Below are positions 1-4,640 of a stretch of 4,640 nt of DNA, in pieces; positions within the stretch are counted from its first letter, which is position 1, and the number at the start of each line of letters is the position of its first letter. Source of the stretch: a virus (Duplodnaviria; Heunggongvirae; Uroviricota; Caudoviricetes); the IMG/VR virus record IMGVR_UViG_2541047778_000009; one strand, written 5' to 3'. A program made the translations under genes and the position numbers. Under the pieces are notes generated by a model. The model had not been told where the DNA came from and searched no databases. It worked only from the letters and a program-made list of their open reading frames with translations.

Positions 1-149
1 AAGGCTGGGCCATACTCCTCCGGCAGAAGCAGAAAAAGCTTATTATGCTTCCATCGGAAACGATGATCTGGCAGCCTGAGTTCACAGATAAAACACTCTC
101 CAGGAAACCCGGGGCGGTTCATCTGGGTACATTAGATGCTTTTTGCTGA
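1..149 (+). pseudogene. Truncated inverted duplicate of the 5' region of the large gene at 3492..4640; frame is open from the window edge, ATG at 45, stop at 147..149
   Basis: Plus-strand translation from the ATG at 45 gives [26 protein letters not shown], identical to the first 26 residues of the minus-strand ORF 3492..4622. It then diverges (LGTLDAFC) and stops exactly after the repeat boundary at 122/123. The frame is also open upstream to position 3. Confidence 0.35.
27..122. repeat. Left arm of a perfect inverted repeat (partner 4545..4640)
   Basis: Manual comparison: the reverse complement of 4545..4640 is identical to 27..122 (96 of 96). Identity breaks at 123 (left) versus 4544 (right). 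The right arm runs to the window edge, so the repeat may extend further; positions 1..26 would then pair with sequence beyond 4640. Confidence 0.9.
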
Positions 150-657
150 CTAGCATATTTACAGCATCACGAAGCGGAGTCCTGTCATCAACAGATGTTT
201 TCTTCCGTGCATTTGCTGCCTCTCCCTTTGTCCAGTAGTCATGCAGCACAGTAAAGCATTCTTCCTGGTACTGAATCAGTTTATCGCGGATGTCAGCACG
301 AACTTTCTCAGGGTTGATGCTGAACAGCCATCCATTTAACTTCTTCAAAGGAAGGCAGAGTAGCTTACGAAGCTTACCATCAGCGGCAACCATGTTCATA
401 TGAACACAGTTGAATTTGCTAATCTGCTTCATGAGTTTTGTTTGCTGCGTTGACCAGCTCATTCCGAGGTTTTCAACGATTGGCTTCATCGCAACATATG
501 CAACTCCGGCAGCCATGGCGGTGATAATTTGCTGACCGTTGAATGGCACGTAAGAGGTGTTCACTGCTTCTAAAATTGCTATACTATTCATGTTGGTTTT
601 TCTCCACGGATTTACCGACAACCGAAGCCCTGACTGTTCCAGCAGTTGGGGCTTCAC
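82..657 (-). CDS. Phage antirepressor-like protein (P22 Ant N-terminal domain-like), possibly C-terminally truncated
   Basis: 191-codon ORF with a GTG start at 657; an alternative ATG at 591 ([21 protein letters not shown]...) lies about 10 nt after a GGAG. The segment FNGQQ...[14 protein letters not shown]...[13 protein letters not shown] resembles phage antirepressor N-terminal domains from memory (not searched). It sits directly downstream of the arc-like gene on the same strand, as ant does in the P22 immI operon. The last ~12 codons and the stop are encoded inside the inverted repeat (85..122). Confidence 0.55.
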   Translation of the reverse strand: MKPQLLEQSGLRLSVNPWRKTNMNSIAILEAVNTSYVPFNGQQIITAMAAGVAYVAMKPIVENLGMSWSTQQTKLMKQISKFNCVHMNMVAADGKLRKLLCLPLKKLNGWLFSINPEKVRADIRDKLIQYQEECFTVLHDYWTKGEAANARKKTSVDDRTPLRDAVNMLVSKKHLMYPDEPPRVSWRVFYL

Positions 658-823
658 TGTTTTGATTTCTTTGCCGCATCAAGCATCACTTCTGAAAACG
701 TGCGCTTGCCACTGAATACTCTTTCTCTTCTCAATTTTTCGTTCGTGCCAAATGATTCGCCATGAACAAAATTTGGTCTTAAAATGGTAATCGCAATCTC
801 TTTGACTACTGCATCCAAGCGAA

Positions 824-976
824 TCACACCGTTACCCCCTCTCTCTTCAGGCTGTCTATCAGGCGCTTGATAACCTCTGAGTTAAACGACCTGCACTCTT
901 CCTTTGCCCTGCTACCGATAGCATCCTTTAACGACTGCGGCATCCTTACCAAAATCTTACTTATTTCTTTCTCCAT
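824..976 (-). CDS. arc: Arc-like ribbon-helix-helix transcriptional repressor (50 aa)
   Basis: From the ATG at 976, preceded by GGAGGG 4 nt upstream on the minus strand. The protein MEKEISKILVRMPQSLKDAIGSRAKEECRSFNSEVIKRLIDSLKREGVTV aligns along its length with P22 Arc (FNLRWPREVLDLVRKVAEENGRSVNSEIYQRVMESFKKEG), including the N-terminal beta-strand and the GRSVNSE motif. The ORF-track extension to 1012 begins at a TTG with no ribosome-binding site and is not preferred. Confidence 0.8.
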   Translation of the reverse strand: MEKEISKILVRMPQSLKDAIGSRAKEECRSFNSEVIKRLIDSLKREGVTV

Positions 977-1014
977 GTTACCCTCCACGCAAACAACTCT
1001 TTTCGAATACAAAA

Positions 1015-1067
1015 GATAGCAAAGTGAGTATATCTAGTCAAAATTTTTTTGCATACACTTTGCTATC
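1015..1067. promoter_or_regulatory. Candidate operator: perfect 12-bp inverted repeat arms (GATAGCAAAGTG at 1015..1026, CACTTTGCTATC at 1056..1067) separated by a 29-bp AT-rich spacer, within the divergent arc-like / mnt-like promoter region
   Basis: Arms are exact reverse complements by direct reading. They lie in the 114-bp gap between the divergent starts at 976 (minus) and 1091 (plus), where P22 carries the overlapping Pant/Pmnt promoters and the Arc and Mnt operators. Promoter hexamers were not confidently assigned. Confidence 0.55.
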
Positions 1068-1090
1068 AAATTGAATACCAAAGGTGTTAT

Positions 1091-1339
1091 ATGGCAAAGG
1101 GTGTGTCAATTTCTCCAACTACGGTAAGAATCCCTGAATCTTTACGCGAGGCTCTTGCTGTCAGAGCATCAAAAAATGGTCGCTCTGTTAACTCCGAGAT
1201 CGTCATGATTTTGCAAGCCGCGATTGATGAAGATAGGTCGCCAAAGTCAGTTGAGTCATTTGCTCAGCAAGAAGCTGATAAATTCAAAGAGGCGCTACTT
1301 GAGACGCTAAAGACCATGTATGCTAAGGATGAAAAATAA
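1091..1339 (+). CDS. mnt: Mnt-like ribbon-helix-helix transcriptional repressor (82 aa)
   Basis: From the ATG at 1091, preceded by AAGGTG 4 nt upstream. The protein MAKGVSISPTTVRIPESLREALAVRASKNGRSVNSEIVMILQAAI...FKEALLETLKTMYAKDEK matches P22 Mnt (83 aa) in length, the N-terminal RHH region (FNFRMPMEVREKLKFRAEANGRSMNSELLQIVQDAL) and the C-terminal helix (LKDLYKK). It is divergent from the arc-like gene as in P22. The ORF-track start at 1049 is a TTG extension and is not preferred. Confidence 0.8.
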   Translation: MAKGVSISPTTVRIPESLREALAVRASKNGRSVNSEIVMILQAAIDEDRSPKSVESFAQQEADKFKEALLETLKTMYAKDEK

Positions 1340-1875
1340 TGCTGCACACAATTCATTTCTTATGCCCTGTTAACACTGCCACTGTTGGGCAACTTCAGAA
1401 CCACTGTCTCACCGCATTATCTCAAGGCGCAACTGAATTAAATATCCATATATCAAGTCAGGGAGGGGAAACTGCTGCTGGCTTTACTGCGTATAACTTT
1501 CTTAAGTCACTCCCTGTTACCGTTAGAACTCACAACATAAGCAATGTTGAATCCATAGCTAATATCGTTTTCCTGGCTGGCTCAGAACGTTTCGCAAACC
1601 CATTATCAAGATTCCTGTTACATCCTCTATTATGGTGCTTTGCCTCCCCAGCCGCCGACCATGCCAGATTGAGAGAGTACGGGAAATGCCTCGATAACGA
1701 TCTTGATCGCTTCGTTGAGACGTTCAATATCGACATCGGAACCCATATTAGGTGGGCATCCCTGATAGCAGACTCGACCATTTTGGATGCTAACAAGGCT
1801 CTTGAGCATGGCATAATTAATTCCATAAAAACTGCAAGGCTGGCATCCAATCAGGCAAACTGGTGGGTTGTTTGA
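1339..1875 (+). CDS. ClpP-fold (S14-like) serine peptidase-like protein, 178 aa, translationally coupled to the mnt-like gene
   Basis: The ATG at 1339 overlaps the mnt-like stop (TAATG). Manual alignment to E. coli ClpP: NIHISSQGGETAAGFTAYNFL against [21 protein letters not shown]; a candidate nucleophile Ser72 (codon 1552..1554, context NVESIAN against GQAASMG); His95 (codon 1621..1623, LLHPLL against MIHQPL); a candidate Asp145 or Asp150; and C-terminal ANKALEHGIINSI against APEAVEYGLVDSI. Homology is judged by eye only. Confidence 0.55.
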   Translation: MLHTIHFLCPVNTATVGQLQNHCLTALSQGATELNIHISSQGGETAAGFTAYNFLKSLPVTVRTHNISNVESIANIVFLAGSERFANPLSRFLLHPLLWCFASPAADHARLREYGKCLDNDLDRFVETFNIDIGTHIRWASLIADSTILDANKALEHGIINSIKTARLASNQANWWVV

Positions 1876-1899
1876 TGGGTAAATCATGATTACTCCTTA

Positions 1900-1926
1900 T
1901 AAAAAACCCACCTGACGGTGGGTTTA
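1900..1926. terminator. Bidirectional intrinsic terminator between the convergent genes at 1339..1875 (+) and 1924..2373 (-)
   Basis: Stem ACCCACC (1906..1912), loop TGAC, stem GGTGGGT (1917..1923). On the minus strand the stem is followed by six T (complement of AAAAAA at 1901..1906), a strong terminator for the YafO-like operon. On the plus strand it is followed by TTT only, so it is weaker there. The hairpin overlaps the minus-gene stop at 1924..1926. Confidence 0.7.
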
Positions 1927-2373
1927 GTCAAACATAGTGTTTCTAAAGTCTCTCGCATACCCTGCTAACACTCTCATTCTATTATGATTGTTAGCAGACA
2001 TGTGAGCTACAGGATGAAAAAGAGCAATCAATGAATACCTGTTCTCATCAAAAAGATTTTGTGCATAAACGAGAGCGGTATTGGATGTTTTATGCCACTG
2101 CAACTTTTGCGGTGTGCTGATATCTGTGCCATTTTTTATTGGCTCAAATTTATTTTCACCAATTGCTAAATGAAGGTGCATAAGGCCTGCATCTTCAATA
2201 TCAGGAGGTCGATGATAAGAGGTGTCTCTGCCAAAATAGCTGGGCAACGTTCCCGTAGACTTGTAGATGATAAAATCATCTACAAGTGTTTGTTTTAAAT
2301 CAGGAAACTCAACAAAAACCGGGGAGAAAAAATAGTCAAAACTATCCTGATTATATTCCACGGTTACTTGCAT
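1924..2373 (-). CDS. YafO-family type II toxin-like protein (putative ribosome-dependent mRNA interferase), 149 aa
   Basis: ATG at 2373 with GAGG 6 nt upstream. Motifs DDFIIYKSTGTLPSYFGRD, HLHLAIGEN, ALVYAQNLFDE and LIALFHPVAHMSANNHNRM parallel the E. coli YafO sequence as recalled from memory (DFISYKRDGVLPDIFGRD, HIHLANEN, HLVYCQGAFDE, LLIAILKPEPHKLARDNNQM). It is the second gene of a tightly spaced two-gene operon (8-nt gap). Confidence 0.6.
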   Translation of the reverse strand: MQVTVEYNQDSFDYFFSPVFVEFPDLKQTLVDDFIIYKSTGTLPSYFGRDTSYHRPPDIEDAGLMHLHLAIGENKFEPIKNGTDISTPQKLQWHKTSNTALVYAQNLFDENRYSLIALFHPVAHMSANNHNRMRVLAGYARDFRNTMFD

Positions 2374-2381
2374 GTTTTACC

Positions 2382-2948
2382 TCAGTGGAAGTTACCAGAG
2401 TGAAACACACGAGTCCCGTGCTCAGCAAGCGCACGCAAACCAGCCATATCTACGGAACTATCAAAAACAACCGGAACACATGAGCGTTGTTTAATAAGAC
2501 TATTCAGGTTGGTTACGGCAGATCTGGCATCAGCAACAACGATATAGATATCTCTTGCGATCTCTTTAAAATCAGCAGAAGCTTCTTTGAATACCGATTT
2601 CATTGCCCCTTCAAGTCCTCTCAATTGATGCTCTATCAATCGAGACTTTTCTGGTTCAATGATAGACAACACATTGTCTACATTCTCATCGGTAGCGTTT
2701 GCAAGAACACGATAAGCGTATTTCAGCATTCGAGACAATTCTTTAATCGAAGACACCGCCTCATGAAGCTCATCATTAGCCCGTTCACTGCTGAATGAGG
2801 ATTGATGGTAAGCGTGCTGAACGTTATCAGTAACAACCACCTCACAACTGAACGCAGAAGCTTGCTGTAATAGCAAACCTATTGCGACTCCAGCTTTGGC
2901 AGCGTTCAAGCTAAACATTTCATCAATCCCATTAGTCTCATTGCTCAT
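2382..2948 (-). CDS. Hypothetical protein (188 aa), upstream operon partner of the YafO-like toxin; candidate non-canonical antitoxin
   Basis: ATG at 2948, preceded by a near-perfect Shine-Dalgarno AAGGAGG 5 nt upstream. The ORF-track start at 2978 is a TTG with no ribosome-binding site. Stop TGA at 2384..2382, with the SD of the downstream toxin overlapping it. No family recognised by eye; predicted mostly helical with an acidic central region. It is not YafN/RelB/DinJ-like in size or sequence. Confidence 0.6.
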   Translation of the reverse strand: MSNETNGIDEMFSLNAAKAGVAIGLLLQQASAFSCEVVVTDNVQHAYHQSSFSSERANDELHEAVSSIKELSRMLKYAYRVLANATDENVDNVLSIIEPEKSRLIEHQLRGLEGAMKSVFKEASADFKEIARDIYIVVADARSAVTNLNSLIKQRSCVPVVFDSSVDMAGLRALAEHGTRVFHSGNFH

Positions 2949-3015
2949 ACAAACCTCCTTCTTATCGGAGATTATCAATAGCTATGCATCCATTGAATAC
3001 ACGCTATGCGCAATA

Positions 3016-3044
3016 AGTTTACGTCACGTGATATCATTATGCAA
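3016..3044 (-). promoter_or_regulatory. Candidate sigma70 promoter for the 188-aa/YafO-like operon with an 8-bp palindrome (TCACGTGA, 3024..3031) in the spacer
   Basis: Minus strand reads TTGCAT (complement of 3039..3044), a 17-nt spacer, then TAAACT (complement of 3016..3021). The perfect palindrome TCACGTGA lies in the spacer, and GCTATGC recurs at 2981..2987 and 3003..3009 downstream of it. This matches the layout of an autoregulated toxin-antitoxin promoter but is judged by eye only. Confidence 0.3.
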
Positions 3045-3123
3045 CCACCGTTCTATCACCGACTAACTTTACTCCCACTCCTATACATCATCTGGTATCC
3101 TGCGCAAAACTAAGGAGGTTGGT

Positions 3124-3474
3124 GTGAATGCTCAGTCTGTCATCATGGTTTTCCTTGGGCTGATTGTCGCAAAACTATATCCAGACTGGTGGAAAGGGGC
3201 ATTAGCTACTGTCGCCATCTATTTGCTTTTATCCATCGTTAAGCGATCACTCGCTGAGACCGTAAATCAAGCAAAACGTTTCTCATTTAAGAGTTTAATA
3301 AACTATGTTACTGGGCTTATTTTTTGCCTTTCAATTCTGATCGCTTCGGCTTTTTTGCCCGTATCAATAGCTAATTTTTTTGGCGCACCATATGAGGTAG
3401 GTTATCTATTCTCTGTTTCCTGTCTTGCCATTGCTCTTCTTTACCTGTGGACGAGATCAAAGAATAAAAATTAG
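3124..3474 (+). CDS. Small integral membrane protein (116 aa, about 4 predicted TM helices); candidate superinfection-exclusion (SieA-like) or immunity protein
   Basis: GTG start at 3124 with AGGAGG 5 nt upstream. Hydrophobic stretches: VIMVFLGLIVAKLY, ALATVAIYLLLSIV, LINYVTGLIFCLSILIASAFLPVSIANFFG and VGYLFSVSCLAIALLYLW. It is convergent with the large gene at 3492..4640 and ends 17 bp from its stop. Its position relative to mnt/arc/ant matches sieA in P22. Confidence 0.6.
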   Translation: MNAQSVIMVFLGLIVAKLYPDWWKGALATVAIYLLLSIVKRSLAETVNQAKRFSFKSLINYVTGLIFCLSILIASAFLPVSIANFFGAPYEVGYLFSVSCLAIALLYLWTRSKNKN

Positions 3475-3486
3475 CCATCCGTGGCT
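3473..3486. terminator. Short hairpin between convergent genes (AGCCA-TCCG-TGGCT); possible weak terminator for the minus-strand gene
   Basis: 5-bp stem with a 4-nt loop, read directly. On the minus strand it is followed by AATTTTTATT. The stem is short, so this is a low-confidence call. Confidence 0.25.
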
Positions 3487-3491
3487 GCCAG

Positions 3492-4640
3492 TTATTGAGC
3501 TTCTTTTTGTGATGCCTGTGCGACTCTGGTGAGCGATTGTGTGACCGTACTGATCGCTCTGTCATATGCTGTGCTACCTTTTGGCGTATTTGCCAGACGT
3601 AACAAGGCATTTCGTATAACAGGGCTTTCGTATGCCTTCGCAGCTCCTCCTACGACACCAGCAGCAGGAACAACAAACGCAGCCGTTTTTAGCATCCCCG
3701 CTAATACTGCTGCGTTTATGATGCCACCACCAACTAACAATCCATAAAGCTGCTGACCATTTAAGTTTTGAACGTTCGCTTTTGCCGCGTGTCTTGTATC
3801 GTTGAGGTATTTAATAACGCCGTCCAGTTCCTTTCCATGTACGCCTTTAAAGAAAGTTGCTGATTGCTTCCTGTTCCGGTGTAACGCATTAATAAACTTT
3901 TCAACACTAATATTTCCAGACGGATCAGTCGCCTTATCTACAGCATTCTGAACTATGGCTGCTCGTGCGTTTTGCCTACCATTGTCATCCAGAAGCCTGT
4001 AAAGCTGAGAACGTTCTGATGGGTTTTGGCTAAAAACGAGTTTTGTTACATCCTCAGGTGTAGCCTTGCCGCTGGCTATTGCCTTTTGAACGCGCGTTCT
4101 TCCCATCATGTCATTGAATCTAGCCCATGAGCGATCAACCCTAGACATATTGGCAGCTTCTTCTGAGCCTAGTTTTTGGGATACTGCTTTTTTCATATCC
4201 GCTGTATATGCCTTGTAGACAATATCGCTGGCTTTCTGGAGCGTGTCTTTATCAACAGTCTCGTTTGAATTCATGAACCGCTTTCGAAGGTCAGTTCTGT
4301 TTTCTCTCGCCAGACGCAGGTCATTGGGTCCGCTGGTGATATCGTCTTTAAATTGCTGCAAGACTTTTACCGCGGCTCTATCCTGAGATTTGCCCGGGCG
4401 GCTTAACACGGCAATCTGATTGTCGATAGCTTTTACCGTGTTTGAGAGATCGACAGGGGTATCCCCCATAGCGTCAATTATGCGGTTATATCGCTTTCCT
4501 GCTGCCTCAATGAATTTTTGTTGCCCTTTAGTCGCAGATTCATAATGAACCGCCCCGGGTTTCCTGGAGAGTGTTTTATCTGTGAACTCAGGCTGCCAGA
4601 TCATCGTTTCCGATGGAAGCATAATAAGCTTTTTCTGCTT
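3492..4640 (-). CDS. Large helical, charged protein with a C-terminal hydrophobic Gly/Ala-rich helical hairpin; probably 5'-partial; candidate phage DNA-ejection protein (P22 gp16-like position) or membrane-active toxin
   Basis: ORF track gives 376 aa from the ATG at 4622, but the frame has no stop between 4623 and the window edge (KQKKLI) and no convincing SD precedes the ATG, so the true start may lie outside the window. The hydrophobic segment LYGLLVGGGIINAAVLAGMLKTAAFVVPAAGVVGGAAKAY is encoded around 3630..3750. The first 26 codons after the ATG lie inside the inverted repeat. No family recognised by sequence; the function is inferred from composition and synteny. Confidence 0.7.
   Translation of the reverse strand, partial: KQKKLIMLPSETMIWQPEFTDKTLSRKPGAVHYESATKGQQKFIEAAGKRYNRIIDAMGDTPVDLSNTVKAIDNQIAVLSRPGKSQDRAAVKVLQQFKDDITSGPNDLRLARENRTDLRKRFMNSNETVDKDTLQKASDIVYKAYTADMKKAVSQKLGSEEAANMSRVDRSWARFNDMMGRTRVQKAIASGKATPEDVTKLVFSQNPSERSQLYRLLDDNGRQNARAAIVQNAVDKATDPSGNISVEKFINALHRNRKQSATFFKGVHGKELDGVIKYLNDTRHAAKANVQNLNGQQLYGLLVGGGIINAAVLAGMLKTAAFVVPAAGVVGGAAKAYESPVIRNALLRLANTPKGSTAYDRAISTVTQSLTRVAQASQKEAQ
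4545..4640. repeat. Right arm of the perfect inverted repeat (partner 27..122)
   Basis: See the left arm. Identical over 96 bp in inverted orientation, and it reaches the window edge. Confidence 0.9.

Noticed and set aside
977-1090. ORF-track N-terminal extensions of the arc-like (to 1012) and mnt-like (from 1049) genes, and of the 188-aa gene (to 2978)
   Set aside because: All three extensions begin at TTG codons with no Shine-Dalgarno sequence, whereas the internal ATGs at 976, 1091 and 2948 are each preceded by a good SD at correct spacing and give proteins matching Arc and Mnt lengths. The extensions would also run through the operator region.
1530-1887. Two minus-strand ORFs (106 aa and 85 aa) inside the ClpP-like gene
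   Set aside because: They lie entirely antisense to a longer ORF with recognisable homology and a translationally coupled start, and they have no ribosome-binding site or recognisable motifs. Most likely spurious.
2286-2798. Plus-strand ORFs of 65 aa and 103 aa
   Set aside because: They are antisense to the 188-aa/YafO-like operon, which has strong SD sequences and a terminator. The translations are low in complexity and lack ribosome-binding sites.
3371-3747. Minus-strand 79-aa ORF and plus-strand 72-aa ORF
   Set aside because: They overlap the membrane-protein gene and the large gene. The 72-aa plus ORF (PPTTPAAGTT...) is the antisense reading of the Gly/Ala-rich hydrophobic segment of the large protein. 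Judged spurious.
3492-4640. Pore-forming colicin-type bacteriocin with an immunity gene
   Set aside because: The convergent small membrane protein and the hydrophobic hairpin fit, but there is no Gly-rich translocation domain, no lysis gene and no SOS-box-like promoter in view, and the surrounding genes are a phage immI module. Kept only as an alternative in the findings.
3492-4640. Tail tape-measure protein fragment
   Set aside because: The composition (helical, charged, Gly/Ala-rich hydrophobic patch) is compatible, but the gene is followed by a convergent membrane-protein gene and a regulatory module rather than co-directional tail genes.
1-4640. Transposon or insertion sequence bounded by terminal inverted repeats
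   Set aside because: No transposase, resolvase or integrase ORF lies between the repeats, and the repeat is coding sequence of a neighbouring gene rather than a typical short terminal inverted repeat. No flanking target-site duplication can be assessed within the window.
1-4640. CRISPR arrays, tRNA or rRNA genes
   Set aside because: No regularly spaced direct repeats, no cloverleaf-compatible segments and no rRNA-like conserved stretches were seen on reading either strand.

Overview
This window looks like the immunity-I (immI) type regulatory region of a P22-like temperate phage or prophage from an enterobacterial host, with extra cargo inserted. The whole segment is bracketed by a perfect inverted repeat of at least 96 bp. 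All calls below come from reading the sequence and from recalled family signatures; no database search was run. Contents from left to right: (1) a left repeat arm carrying a truncated duplicate of the 5' part of the large minus-strand gene at the right end; (2) a minus-strand Arc-like ribbon-helix-helix (RHH) repressor followed by an antirepressor (Ant)-like gene whose last ~12 codons lie inside the repeat; (3) a divergent promoter/operator region with a perfect 12-bp inverted repeat; (4) a plus-strand Mnt-like RHH repressor translationally coupled (TAATG) to a ClpP-fold serine-protease-like protein; (5) a bidirectional intrinsic terminator; (6) a minus-strand two-gene operon of an unrecognised 188-aa protein followed by a YafO-family toxin-like protein; (7) a plus-strand small 4-TM membrane protein convergent with (8) a large minus-strand helical, charged protein with a C-terminal hydrophobic Gly/Ala-rich hairpin, whose reading frame stays open to the right window edge (probably 5'-partial). 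The most interesting items are the inverted repeat that duplicates the start of gene 8 and truncates ant, the Mnt-coupled ClpP-like gene, and the YafO-like toxin with a non-canonical upstream partner. No tRNA, rRNA, CRISPR array, integrase or transposase was seen.
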